A stretch of DNA of 64,000 bases from Ignavibacteriota bacterium (GTDB lineage Bacteria; Bacteroidota; Ignavibacteria; UBA10030; CAVZMI01), in contig CAVZMI010000021.1 in the NCBI GenBank assembly GCA_963776275.1, forward strand, positions 256,001-320,000, given 5' to 3'. Both the position numbers and the translations under genes were made by a program. Shown one piece after another: positions 1 to 11,542 of this stretch (positions are counted from its first letter, which is position 1; the number at the start of each line of letters is the position of its first letter). The notes below the pieces were generated by a model that saw only the letters and a program-made list of their open reading frames with translations, was not told the origin of the DNA and ran no database searches.

Positions 1-267
1 CGTCCTTACCTATGAAAAGATAATTATCCTGAATTTTATTTACAGACTTCGGGTAGATCTTTATATCTACACCTGTTATAGATGCTAAGGTGCAGAATGC
101 ATTATTGGGATCCGGATCGCTCACACAAAGGTCCAGTAGATCTTTCACGGCTGGTGTCATGGGCTTGGTTTTCCTTATTTAGTAATGGAACAATTCAGTA
201 TATTGCGTTAATTGGATCCGAAAACTTCAAAACACTTTGCCATTTAAGCTTTTCTATAACAGGCCGC

Positions 268-293
268 TCCCCACGGGTCGTAGACCTACGGGA
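268..293. repeat. REP-like imperfect palindrome (ACGGGTCGTAGACC core)
   Basis: The 14-mer ACGGGTCGTAGACC at 273-286 recurs exactly at 48398-48411; forms a GGTC-GTA-GACC hairpin. Confidence 0.6.
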
Positions 294-334
294 TTAAAGA
301 GAGTTCAATCTCTTTTCGGGTTCCGATCCACCGT

Positions 335-2329
335 CTACCGAATCAACGATTTCGCATTCTCCAATAGCCACTGAAAGAGATTCCTTCCGGCTTTGCTGTT
401 CTCATACTCGGCCGGCAGCCTGCGTGTATCCATATATTCATTATAGAGCCAGGGATCGCCTATGGCGAATACCAGTCCTTTACCGAGGCGGGCAGCAGCC
501 ATCAGGACAAGTCCGTTCTCTGTGAGAACCGGTTCGGCAGGTTTCTCGATTCGCAGCGAACTGACCTCCTTTATAAATATCTGTTTCACATTCTTGAAAA
601 TCGGATGCGTCGGCAGATTATCACTCTTTCCCATCGAATAATCATTATTCACTACCGCGTGATACTTGTCTTCAGCAAAATGAATTCCGAACCGTTCCGC
701 CAGCCGGTTAAAATGCTCGAACTCCGCATTTCCTTTATCATTCCCCATCAACACCAATACACCACCCGACTCGACCCAGGGGACCATCACGTCGATTGAT
801 TCTTCGGTAATATAATTTGGTTTTTCGGTTTCTGCAGGAGTATCCGGATCGACAATAATATAGACGCTGTAATTTTTCAGGTCGTTCTCGGTCGGTGCAC
901 GACGTACTGCGACAATATCGGCACCTAGTTTACTGATGATGGCGCCAAGTTGAGAAAATCCGGAATCTGTTGTGTCCTCCCACACGTAATGAAACTGAAC
1001 TCTATTTAAATCGACAATTCTCCACTCACAATTGAAGAAATAATCAAGGGCAACTATTTTTCCCGATCCGATCAGAGTGTCCATGCTGTACTTCTGGATT
1101 TGATTCGAACCTTTGGTCATATCCATTGTTTGGGTCTGTTCCAATTCGATTGCCGCAAGCAGAAACGGACCGTATCCCTTGAAGTCATCCGTGCGCTGTG
1201 GTTCGCCGAGGTAGTACGCCACACTCCCATCGCGATACGGATTGCCGCCCAATCCGCCGACGCTGCATATATGTTCCAGATGTACAATCCCTGAGGAGTC
1301 GATGGAGACCAGATGATCGATTATTCCTTCAAACGTCGTCTTTGCCCACCCCAGAAATTCATAGGGCAAATATCCGCGGTTCGCTCCCTTCGCATATACA
1401 TATGCAAACATCGATGAGACTGATGCTTCCAGATAATTTCCTTTTTCGTCGGGTTTATCCACCACCTGATACCAGAGTCTCGATTTTCCATCAAGTTGTC
1501 TGAGCATACTGGCAGCAAGGTTATTTAATATTTTTAAAAGCTCTTTTCGCTTCGGATGTTGTACGGGAAAATAATCCAGAACATCCACCAATCCCATTGC
1601 ATACCAGCCGAGCGGTCGTCCCCATAGGTTCGGCGAGCAGCCGGTCTGCGGATTTGCCCAGCGCTGTTGTTTGCTCTCATCCCAGCCATGAAAATACAAG
1701 CCCGTGCGTTCGTCATAACAATGTTGTGCGATGAGCAGAAATTGTTTTGCGATGTCATCAAATGCAGCGGTGTCTTTGAACATTACAGAGTAGAGCGTGT
1801 AAAACGGTTCTGCCATATATAATCCATCCGTCCACATCTGGTACGGATAGATTTTTTTATGCCAGAAACCGCCGTCATTTGTGCGGGGTTGTTCTGCAAG
1901 TTGACGCCTCAGTATTTCGGCAGCTTTTTTATACTTTGCATCGTGAGTGATATCGTACATTCTTAGAACAGCTTTACCGGGCGCGATGTTGTCAAGCTGA
2001 TATTCTCCAAAGTTATAAGTAAGAATGGCCCCATTACTGATAATATAATGATCAAGATTTTTTTTGATGTAGTATATATACTGACTGTCGCCGCTATGCC
2101 GCCACATTTGATACATTGCTTCAAGCATCAGACCCTGCTCATAATTCCATTTTTGGGATTTAGCTTCAGTGGGATAGATAATGGAATCGGGGTGCATGGC
2201 CAGAAAGCTCTGGGCGATACGCGCCGACCAGGGAATGACTGTCTCTTTCGACGTTCGTTGAGCAGACCCGGCGCAGCCTGATAAAACCAGGAGAAAAGCC
2301 ATATATTTCAATAATCGCTGCATTATCAC
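335..2329 (-). CDS. GH105 unsaturated rhamnogalacturonyl hydrolase lipoprotein with C-terminal DUF4350-like domain
   Basis: Lipobox LSGC; GH105/YteR motifs WNYEQG, YQLDNI, GGFWHK, QMWTDGLYM, HGWDES; extra ~250 aa C-terminal domain (YIIVDPDTP, LAERFGIHF, GDPWLYNEY). Confidence 0.9.
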   Translation of the reverse strand: MIMQRLLKYMAFLLVLSGCAGSAQRTSKETVIPWSARIAQSFLAMHPDSIIYPTEAKSQKWNYEQGLMLEAMYQMWRHSGDSQYIYYIKKNLDHYIISNGAILTYNFGEYQLDNIAPGKAVLRMYDITHDAKYKKAAEILRRQLAEQPRTNDGGFWHKKIYPYQMWTDGLYMAEPFYTLYSVMFKDTAAFDDIAKQFLLIAQHCYDERTGLYFHGWDESKQQRWANPQTGCSPNLWGRPLGWYAMGLVDVLDYFPVQHPKRKELLKILNNLAASMLRQLDGKSRLWYQVVDKPDEKGNYLEASVSSMFAYVYAKGANRGYLPYEFLGWAKTTFEGIIDHLVSIDSSGIVHLEHICSVGGLGGNPYRDGSVAYYLGEPQRTDDFKGYGPFLLAAIELEQTQTMDMTKGSNQIQKYSMDTLIGSGKIVALDYFFNCEWRIVDLNRVQFHYVWEDTTDSGFSQLGAIISKLGADIVAVRRAPTENDLKNYSVYIIVDPDTPAETEKPNYITEESIDVMVPWVESGGVLVLMGNDKGNAEFEHFNRLAERFGIHFAEDKYHAVVNNDYSMGKSDNLPTHPIFKNVKQIFIKEVSSLRIEKPAEPVLTENGLVLMAAARLGKGLVFAIGDPWLYNEYMDTRRLPAEYENSKAGRNLFQWLLENAKSLIR

Positions 2330-2332
2330 CCC

Positions 2333-3727
2333 TTACTTACTGTTGATTTTCACATCGATTAAATCGAGATTCTTTACATTCTCAATCACGTTCGGTTCTG
2401 CAACATTATTAAACGTACAACTTTCAATATGGATATTTTCCGCCGGTGACCGGCTATACGCGCGTATCCATACTCCAAATTTACTTTTTTCGCTTTCAAT
2501 ATTTTTAACTTCAATATTCCTCACGATGGGTGTAAAACTCCCACTGTCTCCCTCTTCATAATAAAAATCGATTTTCACTACAGCTTCGGAAACCTCTCCG
2601 ACTTTTATATTTCTCATGAAAACATTTTCGACCACTCCGCCGCGCATTGCATTTGTTTTTATACGTAATACCCGGTCCAGGTTCGGACTATCCATCGTAT
2701 CGTCCTCCGCATACACATTTCTCACGCCGCCCGACATTTCACTGCCGATCACAACGCCTCCGTGGCCATCTTTCATCCTGCAACCCTGAACGATGATATT
2801 CTCACACGGCATATTCACGCGTCTGCCGTCGGCATTTCTTCCGGATTTGATCGCGATACAATCGTCACCGTTGTTAAAAAAACAATTCTTGATTAAAACA
2901 TCCGTACATGATTCAGGGTCACAGCCGTCGTTGTTGGGGCCGAGTCCTTCAACTGTCACCCCAATAATTGATACATTCTGACACAACACGGGATTGATGA
3001 ACCACATTGGAGAATTTTTTAAAGTGACACCCTCGAGCAGTACATTCCTGCATTTGTACGGTACGAAGTAATTCGGACGCAGGAAGAATCCTTCGCCGAA
3101 CACCCGTTCTGCAACGGGCACTCCGCTCTCACCCATATCGAACAATTTTTCCCTTGCATCGTACTGATCCGGTTTGCCCGGTTCCCAACCGTATTCCTTT
3201 TTTCCCTTCCAGCTCCACCAGTTATCGTTTGCTCCCTGACCATCAAGGACACCCTCACCGGTGACTGCAATATTTTCCTGTTCATAGGAATAGATAAGCG
3301 GTGAGTAATTCATACACTCAACGCCTTCCCAACGTGTAAACACGACAGGGAGATATTTTTTCGGGTCAACACTGAACCGGATTGTTGCATTTTTCGAGAT
3401 ATATAAATTGACATTGCTTTTCAGGTGGATGGCTCCGGTAAGAAAAGTCCCTTTTGGCACGACGACTCTGCCGCCGCCCGATGCATTGCATTTCTCTATG
3501 GCTTTTCTGAATGCCCTGCTGCAATCGGTTTTTCCATTGCCGACAGCCCCGAATTTTGTCACGATAAAGTCCTTATCGGGGAATGCAGGTGGGAAGATAC
3601 GTTTTAAAATTGAGGGTACGGCGTCCCAGCCCTGTGGATCGGATGGATTTTGCTGCGCGAACACAACTGATGCTGTAATAAAACAGAGCAATGAAATATA
3701 GAGCAGATTTGAATGGCCGACATTCAT
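2333..3727 (-). CDS. GH28 polygalacturonase (exo-type)
   Basis: Signal peptide; GH28 motifs NNDG, GDDCIAIKSG, GHGGVVIGSE, RIKT. Confidence 0.93.
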   Translation of the reverse strand: MNVGHSNLLYISLLCFITASVVFAQQNPSDPQGWDAVPSILKRIFPPAFPDKDFIVTKFGAVGNGKTDCSRAFRKAIEKCNASGGGRVVVPKGTFLTGAIHLKSNVNLYISKNATIRFSVDPKKYLPVVFTRWEGVECMNYSPLIYSYEQENIAVTGEGVLDGQGANDNWWSWKGKKEYGWEPGKPDQYDAREKLFDMGESGVPVAERVFGEGFFLRPNYFVPYKCRNVLLEGVTLKNSPMWFINPVLCQNVSIIGVTVEGLGPNNDGCDPESCTDVLIKNCFFNNGDDCIAIKSGRNADGRRVNMPCENIIVQGCRMKDGHGGVVIGSEMSGGVRNVYAEDDTMDSPNLDRVLRIKTNAMRGGVVENVFMRNIKVGEVSEAVVKIDFYYEEGDSGSFTPIVRNIEVKNIESEKSKFGVWIRAYSRSPAENIHIESCTFNNVAEPNVIENVKNLDLIDVKINSK

Positions 3728-3789
3728 GGTTGCCAGTTTCTTTTATTTCTTACTCCGTGGATTTATGTATTGATGTAGCATTTGGTCTC

Positions 3790-3809
3790 CCCACGACTTA
3801 CGTCGTGGG
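3790..3809. repeat. Perfect hairpin CCCACGAC-TTAC-GTCGTGGG (REP/IS200-IS605 end-like palindrome or terminator)
   Basis: 8-bp perfect inverted repeat in the PL9-GH28 intergenic region. Confidence 0.55.
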
Positions 3810-3886
3810 TTACATTCTATCTTCATTGCATTACTTAAGCTTTAAATCTTGCACTACTCCGTGGTTCTTTCTGATAAAGAGGGTTG

Positions 3887-6338
3887 CTATCTAATCAGCA
3901 CCATTTTCTTTATCTGCTGCTCGCCACCGCTTTCAAGAACGCTGAAATAGATACCTGACGGCAGGGATGCTGCATCAAATCGCACGAAAATTATTTTCCC
4001 CGGTTCAGCCTGACCCGAGAAAAGCGTCCTGATTTCCTGTCCGAGAATGTTCATTACTTTTAGTTTCGCAGTTCCTTCTTTCGCCACAGTGAAGCGGATG
4101 ATTGTGGTCGGATTGAACGGATTGGGATAATTCTGTAATAGTTGGAAATTAAAAATCTCTTGCCCATTCCCCACGGTGATGCCGTTCGGCACGGATGATT
4201 CAAAGCAACCTAAATCGGGCGCAGAACCGTTATATGCCAATCCGACATCCGTTCCCTGATCGATAAGCGAACTGCCCGTAGCAAGATGCAAGAAGTTGAC
4301 GTTCCGGAAGACTGCCATCGGCTTTTCTTGAACCGCGGACACCGGCTGTATCGAGAGTGATGAAATCTTCAGCGGTCACATTGAAAGGACTTAACCAACT
4401 GTTCGTTTGTTGTATCGCATAAGTACCAATAAGAGCTTGACCACCGAACGTAATGCAATTAATTACGGTCAAAGTGCTCCCATCTTTCAAACTGCCCGTG
4501 ATATTGTAATCTGTACCATTCCTATAGGCAGTACAGTTGAATAGAGTCATCGAACCCCTGTTATTGTTTTGATCAAAACCTTTCACTCGGTTATCAAATG
4601 AAAGGCAATTTTTCAGAATCATATTATGACGCAAATTTTGTATATTACTGCTATCACCACCGCCCATTTTGAATCCATTTCCATTTCCAGAGCTTCCACT
4701 CCCATTTTTAAGAAAACCGTTGTTAAAGCACCAACTGTTTTCAATTACTGTTGTTACATTATCGGATGGCCGTAAATATCCATCCCAACCGTCGTCCGAA
4801 TTCTGCCACGATCTGCAGCCGTAAAAGTAATTTCCCATACCGACATCAAGCTTCGGTGCAAAACCGTCGGCATTTTTTTGACCTGCATCTGCATTATAAT
4901 ATGAATCACAATTGATGATCCGGTTGTTCGATGCCCCGTTGCTGAGTTGAAGTCCCGTGTCGTAGTTTTCATAGAACGCACAAAATTCTATTATATTATT
5001 CGAGCCACTGAGAATCATACCGTTATCACCGGCTCTGTAAATATCCAAACCCTTGATGTGCCAGTAACTACCTGAAAGATCAACGCCCCTGTTACTGCTG
5101 CCCACTGCCATCGAAGAAAAATCCAGAACAGGACGTTCACCGGGGTAGGCGAACAGATAATACCTGCTGATACTTGTACCGTTTTTCGAGATTCCGATTT
5201 TTGCGCTCAGCATATAGCGGCCGCCGCGGACAAAGATCGAATCGCCGGGCTGGGCAAACGATATTGCCCTTGGAATTGTCTTGAAAGGTAATTCATATGA
5301 ACCCGGATTTGTATCGAGTCCGTCCGGTGATACATAAAAACCGAGCACGACGTCCGGTGCCACGCCTTCACCTGTGACCGTAACATTCTGTGCTGCAACT
5401 CCACCACCTGCATTCGTGATGATCCTGTTGTACTCGAGAATCGAGTCCGGTGCAAACTTCACATAGATTACAGTGCTGCTGAGAGTACCACCTGCATACT
5501 GAACATTAATAGAGACCGCATATCCCGATCCGCTTGTGGTTGATACTTCAAATCCTGCCGGAGCTGTTACTGTGATACTATCGGATTCCGGTGTCAGGTT
5601 GGTGCCCGAGAGCGAGTAGGACATTTCTTTCGATGCGCCTACGTGAACACTACCGAACGAAAGAGTGTCAGGGAAAATACTTATCGTCGGTGTTCCCGGT
5701 GCAACCGTGGTTCCGGAAATGACCACGTCGGTAAGACAAACATACTTCGTGGGACTTGGAGTAGAATTATACCATGGATAAATTCTTAGATAAAATTTCT
5801 GACCATCAACGACTGTCACACCCGGAGTATATGAAAGTGCCATCATTGCAACCGTCCGTATATCCGGTAATGTCAGAGAAGTGGGATTTAATTGGGTCCG
5901 TGTAATAAATGTAGAGTCGGTGGAGTAGTAGATGTTTGCAAATAGATGTCCGTTAGTTCCAAAGCAGCCAATATTAAGAACGATGGATTGGACGGTAAAA
6001 ATATAGCCTGGGGTGGGAAACACCGAGTATTGTATATATCGTGTACTATTCTCTGTGGTTTCTTCAGGCCAATATAGACTATTGCGCCAGATTCTCTCTG
6101 CAGCACCGACCGGCGAACCACTGGTACTGTCACCACCGATGAAGTCCCTGACAGACATCGTGTCCGACAGGATCTGAGGAGATGCCGTAATATTGCCAGA
6201 AATTATTGCTGTCGTATCCACAGTCAAGGCCCAGGTCGCTGACGCTGACTGTGTGTAGGCATTCAGTGTTAATACAAGGAAAGTGACCGGAACCTGAATG
6301 CAGAAGATTAACAACAAACGCTTCGACAAGATAACCAT
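3887..6338 (-). CDS. PL9 pectate lyase with N-terminal accessory and Ig-like domains and T9SS CTD (frame break near 4303)
   Basis: PL9 motifs NADGFAPKL, NSDDGWDGY, GNGNGFKMGG; ORFs 4230-6338 and 3887-4342 join (RKADGSLP|NVNFLHLA...APDLGCFE); C-terminal LLQNYPNPFNP. Confidence 0.88.
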
Positions 6339-6420
6339 CCCCTTACCTCACGATACAATGAAAAAAACCTCACCACGTTTTACAGTGGAGATTTTTAAGA
6401 TTGAAAACGGATGGATAGTG

Positions 6421-7875
6421 TTATACCGTATACGCCGATGAAGCTGTTTCGCCGCCGCGGCCTGTCCAGTTCGTATGGAAGAACTCGCCGCGCGGTTTAT
6501 CAACTCGTTCGTACATATGTGCCCCGAAGTAATCACGCTGGGCCTGTAGTAAATTCGCCGGCAGGCGCGAGTTTCGGAATCCATCATAGTAATTGAGTGC
6601 CGTTGCGGACGCCGGCACCCAGATTCCGTTCAACACTGCGGTTGAAATTACACGCCGCCATGCATCTTGTGACGCCTCGATTTTTTCTTTAAAGAATGGA
6701 TCGAGGAGGAGATTACTCAATGCCGTATTTTTGTCGAATGCTTCTTTTATCTTGCCCAGAAAAACGGAGCGAATGATGCATCCGCCGCGCCACAGGAGAG
6801 CAATGCCGCCATAATTCAAAGTCCATTTGTACTCTTCTGCTGCCGCGCGCATCAATGTAAAACCCTGTGCGTAGGAAACGAGTTTCGATGCATAGAGCGC
6901 TTTTTCGAGATCAGCGAGAAAGGCTTGTTTGTCGCCGTTGAACTTCGTTTTTGGACCGCTTAATACTTGTGAGGCTTTCACGCGCTCTTCTTTCATTGCG
7001 GAGAGACAGCGCGCATAGACAGCTTCACTGATCATTGTCAGTGGAACACCGAGATCCAGCGACGCGACGCTCGTCCATTTGCCGGTTCCTTTTTGACCGG
7101 CGGTGTCTAGAATTTTATCGACCAGCGGTTTTCCATCTGTATCTTTGAATGCAAGAATGTCACGCGTAATTTCGATGAGGTAGCTGTTGAGATCGCCTGT
7201 ATTCCATTTTTTAAATACTTCGTGCATTTCACCGGCGTTCATACCGAGCAATTCGTTCATGATTTGATATGCTTCGCAGATGAGCTGCATATCGCCGTAC
7301 TCGATTCCGTTATGAACCATTTTTACGAAATGTCCGGCACCGTCGCTGCCGACCCAATCGCAGCAGGGCGTTCCGTCGGCGACTTTTGCAGCGATGGACT
7401 GGAAAATCGGTTTGACGTGCGGCCAGGCACCCGGCGATCCTCCGGGCATTACCGATGGTCCGCGCAGCGCGCCTTCTTCTCCACCCGATACTCCCGTGCC
7501 GATAAATTGCATTCCTTTGCTCTCAAGATACTTTGTGCGGCGGATCGAATCGGGATAATGCGAGTTTCCGCCGTCGATGATAATATCTTCCTTTTCAAGA
7601 AGCGGAATTAGCTTTTCGATGAAATCATCGACTGCTTTCCCGGCTTTCACCATCAGCATAATCTTATGTGGGGTTTTAAGCGAGGCAACAAATTCTTTGA
7701 GCGAATGTGTGCCAATAATATTTTTCCCTTTTGCACGTCCCTGCACGAAGTTATCGACTTTTTCCACTGTCCGGTTGAATACTGCAACGGTGAACCCGTG
7801 ACTTTCCATGTTCAGCACAAGGTTCTCTCCCATCACTGCTAATCCTACCAATCCGATATCGGCTTTCTGTTCCAT
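6421..7875 (-). CDS. gnd: 6-phosphogluconate dehydrogenase, decarboxylating
   Basis: GLVGLAVMGENL, IIDGGNS, GHFVKMVHNGIEYGDMQ, QAQRDYFGAH. Confidence 0.97.
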   Translation of the reverse strand: MEQKADIGLVGLAVMGENLVLNMESHGFTVAVFNRTVEKVDNFVQGRAKGKNIIGTHSLKEFVASLKTPHKIMLMVKAGKAVDDFIEKLIPLLEKEDIIIDGGNSHYPDSIRRTKYLESKGMQFIGTGVSGGEEGALRGPSVMPGGSPGAWPHVKPIFQSIAAKVADGTPCCDWVGSDGAGHFVKMVHNGIEYGDMQLICEAYQIMNELLGMNAGEMHEVFKKWNTGDLNSYLIEITRDILAFKDTDGKPLVDKILDTAGQKGTGKWTSVASLDLGVPLTMISEAVYARCLSAMKEERVKASQVLSGPKTKFNGDKQAFLADLEKALYASKLVSYAQGFTLMRAAAEEYKWTLNYGGIALLWRGGCIIRSVFLGKIKEAFDKNTALSNLLLDPFFKEKIEASQDAWRRVISTAVLNGIWVPASATALNYYDGFRNSRLPANLLQAQRDYFGAHMYERVDKPRGEFFHTNWTGRGGETASSAYTV

Positions 7876-7948
7876 TCTTATTTTCCCTATGTTAGGTTGT
7901 TGATGGTGTATTCTATGTTCTTCCATTAATGAATTAGCTGCACGATGG

Positions 7949-9220
7949 TCATTGAAAACGTTCCTTATGCGCCCACAATCCCAGAGCGGGATTTGAGATG
8001 TAGAAGATTTTCTCGCCGTTAGGCATTGTGTTGAATCCTTCGGTAAGTTTTTCGGGAGTATATTTCCTCATCATCAGGGACAAATCGGCATACTTAAAGT
8101 TGACGCTTTCGATTTCTTGTTTTGAGATATTAGCGGTGCAATACGTGATCGAAAAACGTCCTTCGGATGAACCGTGGATCAGATGTGCGGCCGCGCTTAA
8201 ATTGTTTTTCAGGTCGTCGGCATCGTTCACATACTGTAATGTTTTCGGTGTACCGACATAGCCATATTTTCGAATGAGAGCATCGATTTGCCTATCTTCA
8301 CCAAACTCTTTCAATCCCGGAGCCAATACGATTAGTTCTCCGCCGTCAGCTATCGCCATCCGTGTGCGATAGATGCTTTTATTACCCAGCCATGTGCTTT
8401 TATATTCCGAAGGATCGAGATAGACCACAACCTTCTTCAACGGTTCCTTGACCATCTGGAAGTTCACTTTCAGCGAGAGAGCCGCCGGACGATCGAAACA
8501 TTCCAGGTCGTCACCAACATACAGACCGCGTACTTTAAGCCGACCGTCACCGCCGCGTGAAACTACAGTGTGAACGTAAATGATCGGCAGATTTCTTATA
8601 AAATGATCTGATGCATAATTAAAAACAGTGCGTACCGGATTTTCGGCACGCCCCATGATTCGCTCCATACCGTACACGGCTCCAAGAAAGTGACTTTTAT
8701 TGATCCCTTCCGGCCCGCCTGTCCCGACAAGGACGTTCTTATTGTAACTGGCCATGCCGATCACTTCGTGAGGTACGACCTGACCGAGCGATATTATCAG
8801 GTCAAAATTACCCTCAACCAATAATTTATTGACCTGTGCTTTCCATCCGTAATTCAATTTTCCTTCCGACATCTGAAAAATAAATTCGGACGGGACTTCA
8901 CCGAGCGTTACAACGTCATTGCGCCAATCATGAACCCGAAAGAGATTGAGCGGCATACTGCCGAACATATTTTGAATCTCCTGTTCGGTCATGGGAGCGT
9001 GGGTTCCCAGAGCGGGCAGAACATCAGTGAGCTTCTCTTTGTAGTACTCCCCTATAAGCCGTGTGAGCACACCGGCATGCGAATGGAAGCGGGTGAAATC
9101 AGGAGGAATAGCCAATACTTTTTTCTTCACACCCAACTTTGCCAGCGCTTCAAATAATCCTGTTCTCAGGTCATTTTCCTCAAGAACATCGTTTTCAGAA
9201 CCCCTGCTGAAAAGTAGCAT
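7949..9220 (-). CDS. LarA/DUF2088-family 2-hydroxyacid racemase/epimerase (candidate mannonate-gluconate epimerase)
   Basis: PPDFTR, ALGTH.PM, HDWRND, VVPHEVIG motifs of the LarA superfamily; lies between sugar kinases and gnd. Confidence 0.8.
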   Translation of the reverse strand: MLLFSRGSENDVLEENDLRTGLFEALAKLGVKKKVLAIPPDFTRFHSHAGVLTRLIGEYYKEKLTDVLPALGTHAPMTEQEIQNMFGSMPLNLFRVHDWRNDVVTLGEVPSEFIFQMSEGKLNYGWKAQVNKLLVEGNFDLIISLGQVVPHEVIGMASYNKNVLVGTGGPEGINKSHFLGAVYGMERIMGRAENPVRTVFNYASDHFIRNLPIIYVHTVVSRGGDGRLKVRGLYVGDDLECFDRPAALSLKVNFQMVKEPLKKVVVYLDPSEYKSTWLGNKSIYRTRMAIADGGELIVLAPGLKEFGEDRQIDALIRKYGYVGTPKTLQYVNDADDLKNNLSAAAHLIHGSSEGRFSITYCTANISKQEIESVNFKYADLSLMMRKYTPEKLTEGFNTMPNGEKIFYISNPALGLWAHKERFQ

Positions 9221-9241
9221 CTATTTTTTCTCTACGCGTAA

Positions 9242-10328
9242 TTATCTTTTAATTCTGGCGGAGCCGCCGTTCATCACATCCTTGACTTCATCCAGCCTGA
9301 TGATGCTTGTGTCTCCGCGTGTACTCTGAAGTAGCGCTCCGTGGGCTGCGCCCATCTCCACACATTCCTGCAATGTCATATCATTCAACAATCCGTAGAT
9401 CAATCCGCTGCAGAACCCGTCGCCTCCGCCGATGCGGTCTTCGATCTCAAGATTTTCGTACCTCTTTGATTCATAAAAGATACCGTCGTAATACATGATC
9501 GCCGACCAATTGTTGATCAACCCGCTTTTCACTTCACGCAAAGTAGTACCGACAATTTGGATATTGGGATATGTGGTAGTGACTCTTTTCACCATTTTTA
9601 TATATGCTTCCACCGGTAAGGTGGTCAGAGTCTCATTCGGTCCCTTCCACCTCAAATCCGAGTACTTTCTGGAAATCTTCTTCATTACCAATCAGAACAT
9701 CAATATAAGGGATAAGGTTCTTTGTCACCTCGATAGCTTTTTCAGTGGACCAGAGTCTTCTCCTAAAATTCAGATCATAACTCACAATGATCCCGGTTTC
9801 ATGTGCTGCTCTCATCGCTTCCTTTACTACTTCTGTACAGCTATCACTCAACGCCGTAAAAATTCCTCCCGTATGAAACCAACGTGTCTTTTTCACAGCA
9901 AAAATCCTTTTCCAATCGACTTCCCCCGGCTTCATATGAGAAACGGCCGTATGGCCGCGATCATAGATCATTGCGCTGGCACGTAAACCGATCCCCACTT
10001 CGGTGAAGTTCAGACCGATCCGATCATCCCTGCCTACACCGTCAAAGGGAACCCAGATCACCTCACTGATGTCCATGCCACTGGCTTGTGCATGATTCCG
10101 GATGAAATGTCCGAGCGGATTCTCGACAAGGCGGGATATCCAACCGGTACGCAAGCCAAAACGGGAAAGTGCATGTGCAACATTGTATTCTCCGCCACCG
10201 GCATATATTTCTAATATTGTTGTTGACTCGATGCGCTGGTGACCCGGCGGACTCAATCGAATCATGCATTCACCGAGTGACAGCAAATCAAATCCACATT
10301 CAGATGCCGGATGTATCTTCAACGCCAT
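9242..10328 (-). CDS. PfkB-family sugar-acid kinase, KdgK-like (frame break near 9636)
   Basis: GGGEYNVA, SYDLNFR, GNEEDFQ, DRIGGGDGF; ORFs 9633-10409 and 9242-9691 join at VEGT|ETLT. Confidence 0.85.
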
Positions 10329-10409
10329 TATTGTATCCCTTTCACTTAACAAAAAAAATTCTATTGTTCTCCGGAACTTTTTTCTAAATATTCTTTGTTG
10401 TGCCTGCAA

Positions 10410-11507
10410 TTACCTTTGTATTCGTGCCGAACCACCCTTGGCAAACGACCGCACCTGTTCCAAAGTCACCATTGTTGTGTCTCCGGGAGTTGTCGTGAGC
10501 AACGCGCCGTGTGCCCAACCAAGTTTTACGGCTTCGTCCGGTGTTTCGCCTGTCAATAAACCATAGAAAAATCCGCTTGCGAATCCATCGCCACCGCCTA
10601 CGCGGTCGAGCACATCCAGATCACATGTGGGCGAGATGTATGTCTTGCCGTCAATCCAGGCAACTGCACCCCAGCTATGCCGGTTCGTTGAATGTACTTC
10701 GCGCAATGTTGTGGCAACGACTTTCACCTGAGGATGTTTCGCAACAACTTTGTCGATCATAGCAAGGAACACGCTCGGATCAAGTTTCGATTTCGCAGCG
10801 ACTTCCGGACCGGGAATGCCAAGGCCTTTCTGCAGATCCTCTTCATTGCCGACTAAAACATCGGCGTTTTCCACAATGCGTGCAACCACCTCAACCGCTT
10901 TTTTCTGTCCACCCCAGATATTCCACAGCTTCTCACGGAAATTGAGATCAAAGCTTATAACTGCACCTGCTTTCTTTGCCGCCTTCATTCCCTCGATGAT
11001 AAGCTCACCGGTTGTTTCCGAGAGCGCCGCGAAGATGCCGCCGCTGTGAAACCATCGAACACCGCCGGAGAAGATTGCGTTCCAGTCGAAGTCACCGGGT
11101 TTTAATTGTGCCCCGCCTTCGTTCGACCTGTTATAGAACACTACCGGAGGACGAATACCCTGTCCCCGGTCACTGTATACTGTTGCCATATTAGGGCCGT
11201 TTACTCCGTTGTGCTTGAAATGTTTGTAAAACGGTTTCACTCCCATCGCCCTCACTCTCTCGGCAATCAAATCGCCGATCGGGTAATCGACCATTGCCGT
11301 GACGATGCCGGTATTCATACGAAAGCAATCGGCCAGGTTTGCGGCCACGTTGAACTCACCGCCGCTGACATGAATCTGACACTGGGTCGCTTTCCTGAAA
11401 GGAACTAAGCCCGGATCCAAACGATGCACCAGTGCACCCAATGAAACAAAATCCAATGCACCATCCGGACGGATTTTCAGACCGTTGCTCATCTTGTGCT
11501 CCTTCAT
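10410..11507 (-). CDS. kdgK: PfkB-family sugar-acid kinase, KdgK-like paralog
   Basis: GGEFNVA, SFDLNFR, DRVGGGDGFASG; hexuronate operon context. Which paralog is the true KdgK is uncertain. Confidence 0.75.
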   Translation of the reverse strand: MKEHKMSNGLKIRPDGALDFVSLGALVHRLDPGLVPFRKATQCQIHVSGGEFNVAANLADCFRMNTGIVTAMVDYPIGDLIAERVRAMGVKPFYKHFKHNGVNGPNMATVYSDRGQGIRPPVVFYNRSNEGGAQLKPGDFDWNAIFSGGVRWFHSGGIFAALSETTGELIIEGMKAAKKAGAVISFDLNFREKLWNIWGGQKKAVEVVARIVENADVLVGNEEDLQKGLGIPGPEVAAKSKLDPSVFLAMIDKVVAKHPQVKVVATTLREVHSTNRHSWGAVAWIDGKTYISPTCDLDVLDRVGGGDGFASGFFYGLLTGETPDEAVKLGWAHGALLTTTPGDTTMVTLEQVRSFAKGGSARIQR

Positions 11508-11542
11508 TTCACATTTATGCTATAAATGAATTCATCCTTTTT

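Noticed and set aside
82-297. 71 aa ORF at the window start and 60 aa ORF at 58479-58661
   Set aside because: Short, no motifs or clear RBS; probably intergenic
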